Assembly (NCBI GenBank): GCA_965660855.1
Contig: CBFIBM010000003.1
Span: 64,001-128,000 of the forward strand
Direction: 5' to 3'
DNA from: an uncultured bacterium
GTDB lineage: Bacteria > Fidelibacterota > Marinisomatia > Marinisomatales > UBA1611
DNA: 64,000 nt
Shown here: positions 9,505 to 19,957 of the stretch, one piece after another
Layout of the letters: the number at the start of each line of letters is the position of its first letter
Numbering within the stretch: the stretch's first letter is position 1
Made by a program: the position numbers and the translations under genes
The notes under the pieces: generated by a model
What the model was told of the DNA's origin: nothing
What the model saw: only the letters and a program-made list of their open reading frames with translations
The model's database searches: none

Positions 9505-11811
9505 ATGATTCTGAATTCAATCCTAAAAAAGCTTCAAAATTGGTTAATAAAGCAGTCCTTAGATCATTCAAAAAGAACAGTGGTTATTTCTTTTCTACTA
9601 ACAATTATTTTTAGTTTCGGTCTTCGATTTATAATTATTGATGATGATATGATGAAAATGCTTCCAAAAAACTTAGATTCAAGAATATTATGGGATTCAA
9701 TTCAAAAAGAATTTGGAAGCACAGAATCAATTTTTATAGCATTCGGAAATAAAAATCAAAATATTTTAAATCAGGAAGCTTTAGAAACTTCCTGGAAATT
9801 AGCTAAAGAATTAAAAAAGCTAAAATCTGTTCAAAATGTAATTAGTATCAGTACAAAAACTAGAGTTGATAACATTGATGATTTTTTAGAAATAAACCAA
9901 CTTCAGGAGAGCGAGACTTTAAATGAAAGTCAAATTGTAGCTATAAAGTCTTATTTGAATGTAAATAAAAAATTAAAAAAACAATTGATAAGTAAAAATG
10001 GATCATACTTTTTAACTATTGTTCATCCAGATACAATTATTGGCCTGGATAGATTTAGAGATGGAGTAGTGGGCGTTTGCTCTAATATACTAGAAAAATA
10101 TGAAGTCCATTACAGTGGTACGGCATATATCACTGGATCAATTCCACAGTTAATTAGAAAGGATATACGGGGTCTAATTCTTATTGGAACTGCAATAATG
10201 ATATTTGTACTTATGATAAACTTGAGAAATATCATTGCTGTTTTTATGGTTTTAATGGTTATTATTTTATCTTTGATATCTATGTTAGGAGCGATGGGTT
10301 GGTTATTTAAATTAACAAACTCTGATAAATTTTTATTTGCATTACTTAACACTTCAATGCCAATAATTCTATTAACAATTGCAAATTCAGACGGAGTACA
10401 TGTAATAACAAAATTTTTTAAGGAGTTAAGAAAAACTAAAAATACGAAAAAATCATTGCATACTACCTTGTTGTCACTTCAGCTACCAATATTTTTGACA
10501 AGTATTACAACAATTGGAGCCTTCTTAACCATGGTTTTTTCGCCACTTGAACCTTTAATAGGTTATGGTATTTGTATCTCAATTGGTATTGCTTGCGCTT
10601 GGCTTTTTAGTTCAATCACTCTTCCTGCATTAATGATCATGTATAATTGGAATACAAAAAGTCGCGTATTAAATGAAAAAGGGCCTTTTGAGATTTTTAT
10701 TAACTTTTTGAGTAGGATAGTTTTAAGAAGACCAAAGTTATTATTTACTTTGGGAGTATTAATTATATCTGTTAGTTCATTTGGTATATTAAGCTTAAAT
10801 GTTGATGTTAATTTATCTAGCTTTTTTAAACCTAAAACAGAAATTCGAGATAGTATGGATTTTATGGATGAAGAGATGGCTGGAACTATGGACTTAAGAA
10901 TTCGCATAGAGGGAGATATGAGAGACCCTCAACTATTAAATAAAATAGATTCTTTACAAACGTTTATCGAAAAAAATGAAAAGATTTCATTAACAAATTC
11001 TATTTCTGATATTGTAAAAGAAATGCACTGTACTTTCATGAATGATAGTATTAAATATAAAACGATACCAAATACGAAAGCTAAAATCAACAATCTCTTT
11101 ACGATGTACGATCTTTCTGGTAATGCAGAAGATCTTTCTTTTCTGGTTAATCAAAATAATTCAGCAGGCCTTGTAAGTTCTCTAAGTTCTACAATGTCTA
11201 CTGATCAGGTATTCTATTTTATTGAAAATATATCTCAATATATTAGCTTAAAATTTTCAAAGTTCCATACGATGAATGTTACAGGTATAATTGTTGTAAT
11301 CAGAGATTTAGTGATTTTAATCATACAGTCATCATTTATTAGTATTGCATTATCGTTAATTTTTGTCATTGTAATTTCTTCTATATTCTTTAATGGTATA
11401 CTTTGGGGAATTTTGGCAACTATACCATTAACAGGATCAATAATTTTAAATTTTGGATTAATGGGTTATTTAAACATACCTTTAAATCATATTACTGCAA
11501 TTTTATCTTCAATTATTATTGGCGTTGGAATTGACTTTGCTATTCATTTTATTGCAAAATATAGAAACCTTCAAAAAGAGAATATAAAAGACAACTTAAC
11601 ACAGGAAACCTTTAAAGAGGCTGGTTATCCTATATTGCTTGACGCAGTTTCTAATATGGGTTTTGGGGCACTATTGTTTTCTTCATTTCTACCTGTTCAG
11701 TTTATAGGAGGGTTAATGATAATTGCAATGTTTTCAACTTCTTTTGGTACTTTAATTATATTAACAACTTTAGTTCAACTATTTCAAAATAATATTAAAA
11801 AAAATCAATAA
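9505..11811 (+). CDS. MMPL/RND-family membrane transporter
   Basis: Two-fold repeat of TM blocks with large periplasmic loops; IANSDGVH and GVGIDFAIHF motifs. Confidence 0.9.
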   Translation: MILNSILKKLQNWLIKQSLDHSKRTVVISFLLTIIFSFGLRFIIIDDDMMKMLPKNLDSRILWDSIQKEFGSTESIFIAFGNKNQNILNQEALETSWKLAKELKKLKSVQNVISISTKTRVDNIDDFLEINQLQESETLNESQIVAIKSYLNVNKKLKKQLISKNGSYFLTIVHPDTIIGLDRFRDGVVGVCSNILEKYEVHYSGTAYITGSIPQLIRKDIRGLILIGTAIMIFVLMINLRNIIAVFMVLMVIILSLISMLGAMGWLFKLTNSDKFLFALLNTSMPIILLTIANSDGVHVITKFFKELRKTKNTKKSLHTTLLSLQLPIFLTSITTIGAFLTMVFSPLEPLIGYGICISIGIACAWLFSSITLPALMIMYNWNTKSRVLNEKGPFEIFINFLSRIVLRRPKLLFTLGVLIISVSSFGILSLNVDVNLSSFFKPKTEIRDSMDFMDEEMAGTMDLRIRIEGDMRDPQLLNKIDSLQTFIEKNEKISLTNSISDIVKEMHCTFMNDSIKYKTIPNTKAKINNLFTMYDLSGNAEDLSFLVNQNNSAGLVSSLSSTMSTDQVFYFIENISQYISLKFSKFHTMNVTGIIVVIRDLVILIIQSSFISIALSLIFVIVISSIFFNGILWGILATIPLTGSIILNFGLMGYLNIPLNHITAILSSIIIGVGIDFAIHFIAKYRNLQKENIKDNLTQETFKEAGYPILLDAVSNMGFGALLFSSFLPVQFIGGLMIIAMFSTSFGTLIILTTLVQLFQNNIKKNQ

Positions 11812-12563
11812 TGTTTTCAAAAATTATTCTACTATTTATAATAATTAATTTTTCATACGGACAGTTAGGTTATGAAATTGCTCATAAAGTATATTCAAAA
11901 AATGTAGTAGATGATTTAACCTGTATCATGAAAATGAAATTAATTAATTCAAAGAATAAAATTAAAAACTATAAAATGAAATCATTATCAATAGATGGTA
12001 GTCGAAAGCAAATAATATGGTTTATGGAGCCCAGTTATGATAAAGGGATTTCATTCTATAAAGTTGAACATGAAAACAGAGAAAATGAAATGAAAATGTG
12101 GCTGCCAGCTTTTAAAAAAATTAGGAGGATTAGTTCAAAGAAAAAAAGTGATTCATTCATGGGATCAGATTTAAGCTATGAGGATTTATCAAGAAGAAAA
12201 TTAAATGACTATACATTTAAAAAAATAGAAGATAGATCTTTTAATAATAAAAGTTATTTTGTAATAGAAATTACACCAAAACAAAAATCAAATTCTTCAT
12301 ACAAAAATCATATATCATGGGTTGATAAAAAAACATATAATATTATAAGAGAAAATTCTTTTGGTATTAATGGTAATCTTTTAAAAGAAAAAGAATTTTT
12401 TTATATAACTTTGAAAGGTTATGAAATTATTGAAAAAGTAAAGGTTTATAACCCAATATTGAAGCATTCAACTATTATCGAATTTACTCAAATAGAGATT
12501 AATTCAGATATTAATGAAAGCTTTTTTCATGAAAAATATATGAAACGTATTCCTAAAATTTAA
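11811..12563 (+). CDS. Outer-membrane lipoprotein-sorting (LolA-like) protein
   Basis: Signal peptide; WFMEP...KG, MWLPAFKKIRRI, SFMGSDLSYEDL; start overlaps the MMPL stop codon. Confidence 0.85.
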   Translation: MFSKIILLFIIINFSYGQLGYEIAHKVYSKNVVDDLTCIMKMKLINSKNKIKNYKMKSLSIDGSRKQIIWFMEPSYDKGISFYKVEHENRENEMKMWLPAFKKIRRISSKKKSDSFMGSDLSYEDLSRRKLNDYTFKKIEDRSFNNKSYFVIEITPKQKSNSSYKNHISWVDKKTYNIIRENSFGINGNLLKEKEFFYITLKGYEIIEKVKVYNPILKHSTIIEFTQIEINSDINESFFHEKYMKRIPKI

Positions 12564-14902
12564 TTTCGTAATGGTTTTCCTTTCAGTAACATATATTTGA
12601 TTCTTTCTTGGGTGAATTGTTCTCCGGCTAGGGAAATAAAAGCTTCGCGTTCAAGATCTAAGAGATATTGTTCATCAACTGGTCTTATTAGACTAGCATT
12701 GTCACCACCAGTTAATACATGTGAAAGTTTCTCTCCAATTTTTTGATCAAATTCAGATATATTTCCTTTAACTCTTAAGTTTTTAAGTGATACATCTAAA
12801 GCTGTTTTACCACCTTTTCCAGGCAATAATAGATTGTCTACAAATACTGGTGCTTTATAATTGCTAGATAATTTTAGTGTTTTTATTTTTGCTTTTTTTA
12901 TTAAATGATCTTTATTCATAATGATAGAATCTGAATGCCTGATTAATCCAATTTTTTTTGCCTCGAAAGCGTTGTTAGATGTTTTTGCAAAACCTATAGT
13001 TTCAAATATTTTTTGAATTTTTTGAAAAGTAGTATCATTCGTATCTGATGATAATGCATTTAGGATCATCCGTAAATTACCACCTCCTCCAGGAATTAGG
13101 CCTACTGCTACCTCAACTAAACCCATATAGGTTTCAGCCGCTGCCATAATATGACAACAAGGTTGAATGATTTCTACACCACCTCCCAAAGTCAATTGGA
13201 ATGGAGTTGCAACAATAGGTCCCTTTGAAAATCGTATTCTCTGAGTAGTATCTTGTAAACTTTTAATTACAAAATTTAATTTTTCCCATTCTTTATTTTT
13301 ACTAAGATTAAGAATAAGATTTAAATCTGCTCCAACGCAAAAATTAGCTCCTTGATGTCCAATGACCATCCCTTTAAATGTATCGTTTTCAATAAGGTCT
13401 AATCCAAAATTAATTATTTTTAAAATTGAACTATCTATTGGCTGCATTTTGGGCTTCTTAGCAGAGTGGAACTCGACATTAAGTATTCCATCTCCTAGAT
13501 TATTTAAGCTTGCACTTTCATCTTTTTTGATACTTTCAATTTTTGTTTTATAAAGATTTAAATTAATTGAATGAAAATCTTCATTTTTTGTTTTTAACGT
13601 ATTATTTATTGGGCACCAATAATAGAGTTTTCCATTTTTATTTTCATAAAATTTTTCCCTTCCTTTTGAAAGCATATAAAGAACCCAATTTGGAACGATT
13701 TTACCTTCCTCAATCATCCTATTTGTTGTTTTTCGTAGACCAATAATATCCCAGCTTTCGAAGGGGCCATACTCCCACCCAAAACCCCATTTCATCGCAT
13801 TATCTATGTTTACAATATCATTAGAAATTTCAGGCACTCTATTAGCGCTATAAATTAATGTACTTGAAAAAGTTTCCCAGAAAAAGGTACTTCCTCTATC
13901 AGATTTACTGATCAAGTAAATTAACCTATCGGATGTATTTTGATAATTTTTAGCTTTAGTAATGCAGTCAAATTGAATATCTTTAATTTGAGTGTATTTA
14001 TAGGTACTTAAATCTAATGAATTGATTATACCATTTTTATCCTTCTTATAAAACCCCTCTCCTGTTTTTTGACCAAGTCTACCATTTTTAATTAAATCAT
14101 TTATAATAGGTGGTGGATTGAATATATCTCGCTCTTCATCTTTTATTGCCTTTTCATATGTAGTTAGGGAAACATTTTTTAAAGTATCTAACCCAACAAC
14201 ATCAGCAGTTCTAAATGTTGCACTCTTTGGCCTGCCAGATATTGGACCAGTTAGAGCATCTACTTCTTCTATTGTAAGATTATTTTTTATAGCTAATTCT
14301 ATTGCTTTCATCATTCCATAAATCCCAACTCTATTACCAATAAAGTTTGGAGTATCCTTTCCGTGTACAATTCCCTTACCTAAAATAGTTTCACCAAAAT
14401 ACATCATAATTGAATATGTTTTCTCTGATGTAAAATCACTTTTGATAAGTTCTAGTAAATGCATATATCTAGGAGGATTAAAAAAATGCGTAATCATAAA
14501 TCGTTTTTGTAGTTCTAAAGGTAGGTTTTTTGTTAATTCAAAAATTGGAATACCGGATGTATTTGAAGTTAAAAGTGCATTTTTATTTAAAAATGGAGCT
14601 ATTTGATCATAGACTTTCAACTTAATATCGAGATGCTCAATTACTGCTTCAATAACCCAGTCTACTTTATTTAACTTTTTTAAATCTTCTTTGTAGTTAC
14701 AAGGCGTTATTAAATCAATATTTTTAATATCATAAAGAGGAGTGGGTTTCATTCTTAAAAGTGAGTTTTTTCCTTTTTCAGATAAGTCTTGATCCGTATC
14801 ATAAAGAAAGTTTTTTACACCTGCATTACTTAGATGCCCAGAAATTTGAGCCCCCATGACTCCAGAACCTAAAACTGCTACTTTTTGAATTTTTTTAATC
14901 AT
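12560..14902 (-). CDS. 3-hydroxyacyl-CoA dehydrogenase/enoyl-CoA hydratase (FadN-like)
   Basis: GSGVMG Rossmann motif, SNTSG, HFFNPPRY, C-terminal crotonase domain, GKPLRN terminus. Confidence 0.92.
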   Translation of the reverse strand: MIKKIQKVAVLGSGVMGAQISGHLSNAGVKNFLYDTDQDLSEKGKNSLLRMKPTPLYDIKNIDLITPCNYKEDLKKLNKVDWVIEAVIEHLDIKLKVYDQIAPFLNKNALLTSNTSGIPIFELTKNLPLELQKRFMITHFFNPPRYMHLLELIKSDFTSEKTYSIMMYFGETILGKGIVHGKDTPNFIGNRVGIYGMMKAIELAIKNNLTIEEVDALTGPISGRPKSATFRTADVVGLDTLKNVSLTTYEKAIKDEERDIFNPPPIINDLIKNGRLGQKTGEGFYKKDKNGIINSLDLSTYKYTQIKDIQFDCITKAKNYQNTSDRLIYLISKSDRGSTFFWETFSSTLIYSANRVPEISNDIVNIDNAMKWGFGWEYGPFESWDIIGLRKTTNRMIEEGKIVPNWVLYMLSKGREKFYENKNGKLYYWCPINNTLKTKNEDFHSINLNLYKTKIESIKKDESASLNNLGDGILNVEFHSAKKPKMQPIDSSILKIINFGLDLIENDTFKGMVIGHQGANFCVGADLNLILNLSKNKEWEKLNFVIKSLQDTTQRIRFSKGPIVATPFQLTLGGGVEIIQPCCHIMAAAETYMGLVEVAVGLIPGGGGNLRMILNALSSDTNDTTFQKIQKIFETIGFAKTSNNAFEAKKIGLIRHSDSIIMNKDHLIKKAKIKTLKLSSNYKAPVFVDNLLLPGKGGKTALDVSLKNLRVKGNISEFDQKIGEKLSHVLTGGDNASLIRPVDEQYLLDLEREAFISLAGEQFTQERIKYMLLKGKPLRN

Positions 14903-14906
14903 TGTT

Positions 14907-16037
14907 TTAAGCCCTTTTTAATATTGTAGAGATACCTTGTCCTGTTCCGATGCACATAGTTGCCAATCCAGTTCTTTGATTTTTTTGTTCTAAAGTATTA
15001 ATTAATGTTGTAATTATCCTTGCACCAGAGCAGCCTAGAGGGTGTCCAAGGGCGATAGAACCACCATTAATATTTATTTTTGATTGATTCCATTTTCCTT
15101 TTTTTATAACGTATAAAGCTTGGGCTGCAAATGCTTCATTTAATTCAATTAAATCAATATCTTTCATTTTGAGATTTGCTTTATGGAGTGCTTTTTCCGT
15201 AGCAGGTAATGGTCCAATTCCCATTTTTCGCCAATCCACACCAGCTACCGCTCTACCAATGATATGAGCTCTAATATTTAAGTTATGCTTTTTTGCAAAA
15301 GGTTCACTGGTTAATAATATTGCGGAAGCTCCAAAGGAAAGAGGACTTGATGTAGCTGCAGTCACACTTCCATTTTCTAAAAAAGCTGGTCTAAGAGCTT
15401 TTATTTTTTCAAGATTTGGGGTTCGAGGTCCTTCATCTTGATTTATTAAATGGCTACCGTAAGAATCAATAGTTACGATTTCATTTTTAAAAAAATCCAA
15501 TTCAATAGCTTTGAGTGCTTTCTCATGGGATTCGATAGCAAATTCCTCCTGTTGACTTCTAGATATATTCCCATCAGAGGCTAATCGCTCTGCTGTTTCA
15601 CCCATCCCGATGTAATATTCTTGTCTTGCGAGTTTAGAGTTGAAATCAGGATTAAAACCACCCATAGGTATAGAAAACATATCTTCAACACCCCCAGCTA
15701 TTCCAACTTCAATATCTCCAGATTCAATTTTAGTACTAATTTGATGGAATGCATCCATTGAAGAACCACAAAATCGATTAACAACTGAACCAGCAATTGT
15801 TTGTGGCAAACCTGCTAAAATTGCGATACCTTTTGAAATAAGCATCCCTTGAGGTCCTTCAGGGAACGCACAGCCAAAAATTAAATCTTCAATAAATTTA
15901 GGGTTTAAATTCTCGTTTCTTTTTAAAAGATCAATGATAATTTGGGAAGATAAATCATCTGGACGAATTCCAATTAACTTGCCATTTTTAATTCCTATTG
16001 GAGATCGAACAGCATCTATTACTACAGATTTTATCAT
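14907..16037 (-). CDS. Acetyl-CoA C-acyltransferase (thiolase, FadA-like)
   Basis: [28 protein letters not shown]. Confidence 0.93.
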   Translation of the reverse strand: MIKSVVIDAVRSPIGIKNGKLIGIRPDDLSSQIIIDLLKRNENLNPKFIEDLIFGCAFPEGPQGMLISKGIAILAGLPQTIAGSVVNRFCGSSMDAFHQISTKIESGDIEVGIAGGVEDMFSIPMGGFNPDFNSKLARQEYYIGMGETAERLASDGNISRSQQEEFAIESHEKALKAIELDFFKNEIVTIDSYGSHLINQDEGPRTPNLEKIKALRPAFLENGSVTAATSSPLSFGASAILLTSEPFAKKHNLNIRAHIIGRAVAGVDWRKMGIGPLPATEKALHKANLKMKDIDLIELNEAFAAQALYVIKKGKWNQSKININGGSIALGHPLGCSGARIITTLINTLEQKNQRTGLATMCIGTGQGISTILKRA

Positions 16038-16211
16038 TGTATTTATTGAAAAAGGAAGTTCAGATTAAATTCATAAAAATTAAGGTTGATATTGGTAAAA
16101 TCGATCCTTTTATTCTCTTTTTTTTCTTTAAGCTTTCTTTTCATGATAGCTTTAAAGCCAGTTAAAATTTAAGTGTTTCGATTTTTATTTTAAACTTTTT
16201 AATAAAATTTA

Positions 16212-16239
16212 TTGACAATATTTGGATAATTAGTTTAAT
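16212..16239 (+). promoter_or_regulatory. Sigma70-type promoter candidate for the TonB-dependent receptor
   Basis: TTGACA (16212-16217), 16-nt spacer, TTTAAT (16234-16239). Confidence 0.5.
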
Positions 16240-16242
16240 TTT

Positions 16243-16265
16243 TTATTGATAATAAGTCTCAATAA
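16243..16265. promoter_or_regulatory. Fur-box-like operator
   Basis: TTATTGATAATAAGTCTCAATAA; core TGATAAT-A-AGTCTCA matches 12/14 of the 7-1-7 consensus TGATAATnATTATCA; lies just upstream of a FecA-like receptor. Confidence 0.65.
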
Positions 16266-16352
16266 CAACAAAGTGTTTATAATCTTGGTTTTAAAATAAA
16301 ATTATTAAGTCACAAATTATGAATTATCCAAAAAGGAAAAAAAATTAATATC

Positions 16353-18773
16353 ATGAAAAAAATAATATTTATATGTTTATTTTTAACAAATTTAGTACTT
16401 GCAAAGTTTTTTTCATCAAAACTAGTTGACTCAAAAACCGGTGCACCTATAATTGATGCAAATATTCAGGTTTTAGAATCTAAAACTAATGGAACCATTT
16501 CAGATGATAATGGTATTTTTTACATTGAATTACCAAATAGTAACCAATCCAGTATTGAAATTAATGCTATCGGATATAAGCAAAAGATTTTACCTATAAA
16601 TTCAATTAATGATAATCTATTAATAGTTGAAATAGAACAAGATACAATCCAATACAACGCAATAGAGGTATTAGCGGAGAGAACTAAATTAATTGGAAAT
16701 GGAAGAAATTATTTTAGAACACCCGGTTCATTTTCATTCGTTTCAAAAAGAGAAGTTCTACAATTTAAAGACACGGATATAAATTATGTTATAGCCCAGG
16801 TTCCTGGTGTTTATTCTCAGCAAGAGGAAGGGTATGGCCTGCGCCCAAATATTGGGATGCGTGGTAGTGGTTTAGAAAGGTCAGCAAAAATAAATATGAT
16901 GGAAGATGGTATACCAATATCTCCAGCTCCATATTCAAGTCCAGCTGCTTATTACTCTCCAACTGCTGGTAGAATGGAATCTTTTGAAATTAGGAAGGGC
17001 TCTTCGCAGATTAAATATGGACCACATTCAACTGGCGGAGCAATAAATTACATTTCATCGAATATCCCGCATAAATTAAGTTTAAATGGAAGTTTAAGTT
17101 ACGGAGACTTTAATACTACTAAATTTAATGTTAAATCGGGTATATCAGGCAGAAACTTTGGAATTCTATTCCAATCTTTTTTAGATAAAAATAATGGGTT
17201 TAAAAATATAGACGATGGAAGCCATTCAGGGTTTGACAAGAAAGATTTTTTATTAAAAACAAGAATTAATTCAAACTCAAATAATATAGCCTTAGAAGCA
17301 AAATTTAGTAAAACTGAAGAATTGAGTAACGAGACATATTTAGGTCTTACAAGAAGTGATTTTAAATTAACTCCTTATAGAAGATATTTAGCTTCGCAGA
17401 ATGATCAAATGGAAGCAGATCATAATCAATTTACTATTTCTAGTGTTGTTAAATTTTTAGAGAATTATGATTTTACAGTAACTTTTTATGATAATAGTTT
17501 TCATAGAAATTGGTATAAGCTGAACAAAGTTAATAATCAAAGTATAGGTTCAATTTTAATTTCAGATAATTTAAATGAAGACAACTATCAATTATTGTTT
17601 GCTGAAGAAACGGAAGATGATATTTTTGAAGTAAAAGCAAATAATCGTTTATATTATTCTAGAGGTATACAAAGTATTTTTCGTTCAAACTTAAAATTAT
17701 TTGGTTCTAGTCATAATATATTGTTTGGCACTCGATTTCATAAAGATGAAATGGATAGATATCAATGGGCTGATTTATATAAAATGAATGATAGAAAACT
17801 ATTTATGACTACTCAAGGCCTAAAAGGAGCTGGGAGCAAAAATAATAGACTATATTCAGCTTCAGCAAATTCTATCTTTATAGAAGATGAATTGAGTTTA
17901 AATAAATTATTAGTATCATTAGGAGCACGATACGAAAAAATTCATTTGAAGCGTCAAGATTGGGGTAATGATCTAGAAAGGGATTCAACTGCATCTATAA
18001 TCAAAAATGCAGATATAAATATATTTATTCCAGGATTTGGAATTTCATATCAAATTAATAATTCAGTGCAAATTTTTTCAGGTATTCATTCTGGTTTCTC
18101 TCCTCCAGGTCCTGGGATTGATGGTGAAGATAATATTCTACCTGAAGAAAGTATAAATATCGAATTAGGGGCCAGATTAAATAATAGATTTCAAAAATTG
18201 GAATTAGTTTCTTTTTATAATAATTATAAAAACTTACTTGGGGAAGATAACGAATCTACTGGTAGTGGAACCTATGAACAGTTTAATGGGGGTAAAGTAT
18301 TGGTAAAAGGTTTAGAATTATCTTACAATAACCTTTTTAGAACTAATAATGGTTTCAATTTTCCATTGACAATTAGCTATACATATACAGATGCAAAATT
18401 TAAAAATAGTTTTGATAGTGATTTCGAACCATGGGGTGAAGTTAAAAATAATGATGAAATTCCGTATATACCTAAAAATATGTTATATACAAGTTTTGGT
18501 GTTTTAAGCTCAAAATTTGAATCTTACCTTAGGTTTAAGTTCATTGATAATACAAGAATTGTAGCTGGTAAGGATAATTTTTCCTCACTAAATAGTAATG
18601 ATCAGCAAAGATTGTTCGATTTCGTGACCAAATATAATTTAGAGTCTAATATTTCATTATCACTCAAAGTGTATAATGTTTTTAATTCTATATATTCAGT
18701 TGCTTCAAGGCCTGCAGGATTAAGACCAAATATGCCAAGATATATTGAGTCTGAATTAAATTTTAATTTTTAA
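16353..18773 (+). CDS. TonB-dependent receptor, FecA-like iron uptake
   Basis: N-terminal carboxypeptidase-regulatory-like domain; plug motifs EEGYGLRPNIGMRG, MEDGIP..PAPY, YGPHSTGGAIN; C-terminal RPAGLRP...FNF. Confidence 0.9.
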   Translation: MKKIIFICLFLTNLVLAKFFSSKLVDSKTGAPIIDANIQVLESKTNGTISDDNGIFYIELPNSNQSSIEINAIGYKQKILPINSINDNLLIVEIEQDTIQYNAIEVLAERTKLIGNGRNYFRTPGSFSFVSKREVLQFKDTDINYVIAQVPGVYSQQEEGYGLRPNIGMRGSGLERSAKINMMEDGIPISPAPYSSPAAYYSPTAGRMESFEIRKGSSQIKYGPHSTGGAINYISSNIPHKLSLNGSLSYGDFNTTKFNVKSGISGRNFGILFQSFLDKNNGFKNIDDGSHSGFDKKDFLLKTRINSNSNNIALEAKFSKTEELSNETYLGLTRSDFKLTPYRRYLASQNDQMEADHNQFTISSVVKFLENYDFTVTFYDNSFHRNWYKLNKVNNQSIGSILISDNLNEDNYQLLFAEETEDDIFEVKANNRLYYSRGIQSIFRSNLKLFGSSHNILFGTRFHKDEMDRYQWADLYKMNDRKLFMTTQGLKGAGSKNNRLYSASANSIFIEDELSLNKLLVSLGARYEKIHLKRQDWGNDLERDSTASIIKNADINIFIPGFGISYQINNSVQIFSGIHSGFSPPGPGIDGEDNILPEESINIELGARLNNRFQKLELVSFYNNYKNLLGEDNESTGSGTYEQFNGGKVLVKGLELSYNNLFRTNNGFNFPLTISYTYTDAKFKNSFDSDFEPWGEVKNNDEIPYIPKNMLYTSFGVLSSKFESYLRFKFIDNTRIVAGKDNFSSLNSNDQQRLFDFVTKYNLESNISLSLKVYNVFNSIYSVASRPAGLRPNMPRYIESELNFNF

Positions 18774-18788
18774 AATTGATGATAGTCA

Positions 18789-19214
18789 TTAAAAATTATC
18801 TCTTAGCATTTTTTTCAACTCTGCTTCATGCATTTCTTCTGTTGCGATTTGACTTCGGGCATATTCTTCAAGCATTATAGAGCCACCTTCAACTGTTTTT
18901 AATAGTTTATAATATGCTTTGATTGCTTCTCTTTCATGTTCGAGACATTCATTCAATATGTCTTCGGTTGAATGTTTATGAGTCTCCAGTAGATCACTAA
19001 TCTTTAAGGTAGGATGTTCCCCCAAGCTTGTAATATGTTCACCAACTGCTTCAGCATGAGTGAGTGATTCAAGAGCTTGTTCCCGCAGCCATTGAACAAC
19101 AGATAATCTGTAAGGTCCCTGTACCATAAAAGCATAATGTGTATATCTAACAACCCCAGCTAACTCTAATTCTAAGATATTATTTAGAGACTTAAGAACT
19201 TCTTTTTGTTTCAT
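18789..19214 (-). CDS. Ferritin-like / bacterioferritin-related protein
   Basis: Four-helix di-iron pattern ELELAGVVRY...ESLTHA...LGEHP...EHE...EEMH. Confidence 0.85.
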   Translation of the reverse strand: MKQKEVLKSLNNILELELAGVVRYTHYAFMVQGPYRLSVVQWLREQALESLTHAEAVGEHITSLGEHPTLKISDLLETHKHSTEDILNECLEHEREAIKAYYKLLKTVEGGSIMLEEYARSQIATEEMHEAELKKMLRDNF

Positions 19215-19316
19215 ATTTTTTAACCTATATAATATATTTTTTTGATGGATTAAATTAAAAAATAAAAATGTAAAATCTTAATTACATTTTGTATGAAGTT
19301 AATACTTGTTTTAATT

Positions 19317-19334
19317 TTCGAATATGTATTCGAA
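19317..19334. promoter_or_regulatory. Perfect 8-2-8 inverted repeat, candidate TetR operator
   Basis: TTCGAATA-TG-TATTCGAA, 18 nt upstream of the tetR start, in the divergent ferritin/tetR intergenic region. Confidence 0.45.
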
Positions 19335-19352
19335 TAATAAAATATAAAAAAG

Positions 19353-19955
19353 ATGCCAATATCAGAACGACAATTGGAAGAAAGAAAAATGCGAAAAGAT
19401 CGTATTCTCGATGGTGCTTTAGAAGTTTTTAAAGAGAAAGGATTAGAAGGAGCAACTATGGACGAGATTGCGAATTCTTCAGGGTTTGGTAAGGCGACCT
19501 TATATTATTACTTCAAATCAAAAGAAGATGTTCTCAGCGAAATATTAAATGATGGTTGGATAAAAATTTTAGAATCTTTAGAACCTATAATTGGGAGTCA
19601 AGAATCACCCCGAAAAACTTTTGTTAATTTGTTAATGAAAATTGCAGAACATGCACAAAGAAGGCCTGGATTATTTGAATTTTTGTTCAATGTTCCTAAA
19701 GCAGTAAAACTAGAGATTCAACCCTGGAAAGAGCATCAACATAGGCTATATACTGTAATAAAAGGTCTACTTGAGGATGGAATAAGAGCTGGTGAATTTC
19801 CTAGCATTGAGCCTCAGTTAATGTTTAAGGCTTTAGGAGGTTTATTTATGGGGCTAGTTTTTATGGGTGATAAGAAGAATACTGTTTCTGAAAAAGAAAT
19901 TGAAGAACTTCTGAACCAATTAATTATTGAACCTCACTCAATAAAGAATCACTAA
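19353..19955 (+). CDS. TetR/AcrR-family transcriptional regulator
   Basis: HTH: ILDGALEVFKEKGLEGATMDEIA...GKATLYYYFKSKED. Confidence 0.93.
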   Translation: MPISERQLEERKMRKDRILDGALEVFKEKGLEGATMDEIANSSGFGKATLYYYFKSKEDVLSEILNDGWIKILESLEPIIGSQESPRKTFVNLLMKIAEHAQRRPGLFEFLFNVPKAVKLEIQPWKEHQHRLYTVIKGLLEDGIRAGEFPSIEPQLMFKALGGLFMGLVFMGDKKNTVSEKEIEELLNQLIIEPHSIKNH

Positions 19956-19957
19956 AC

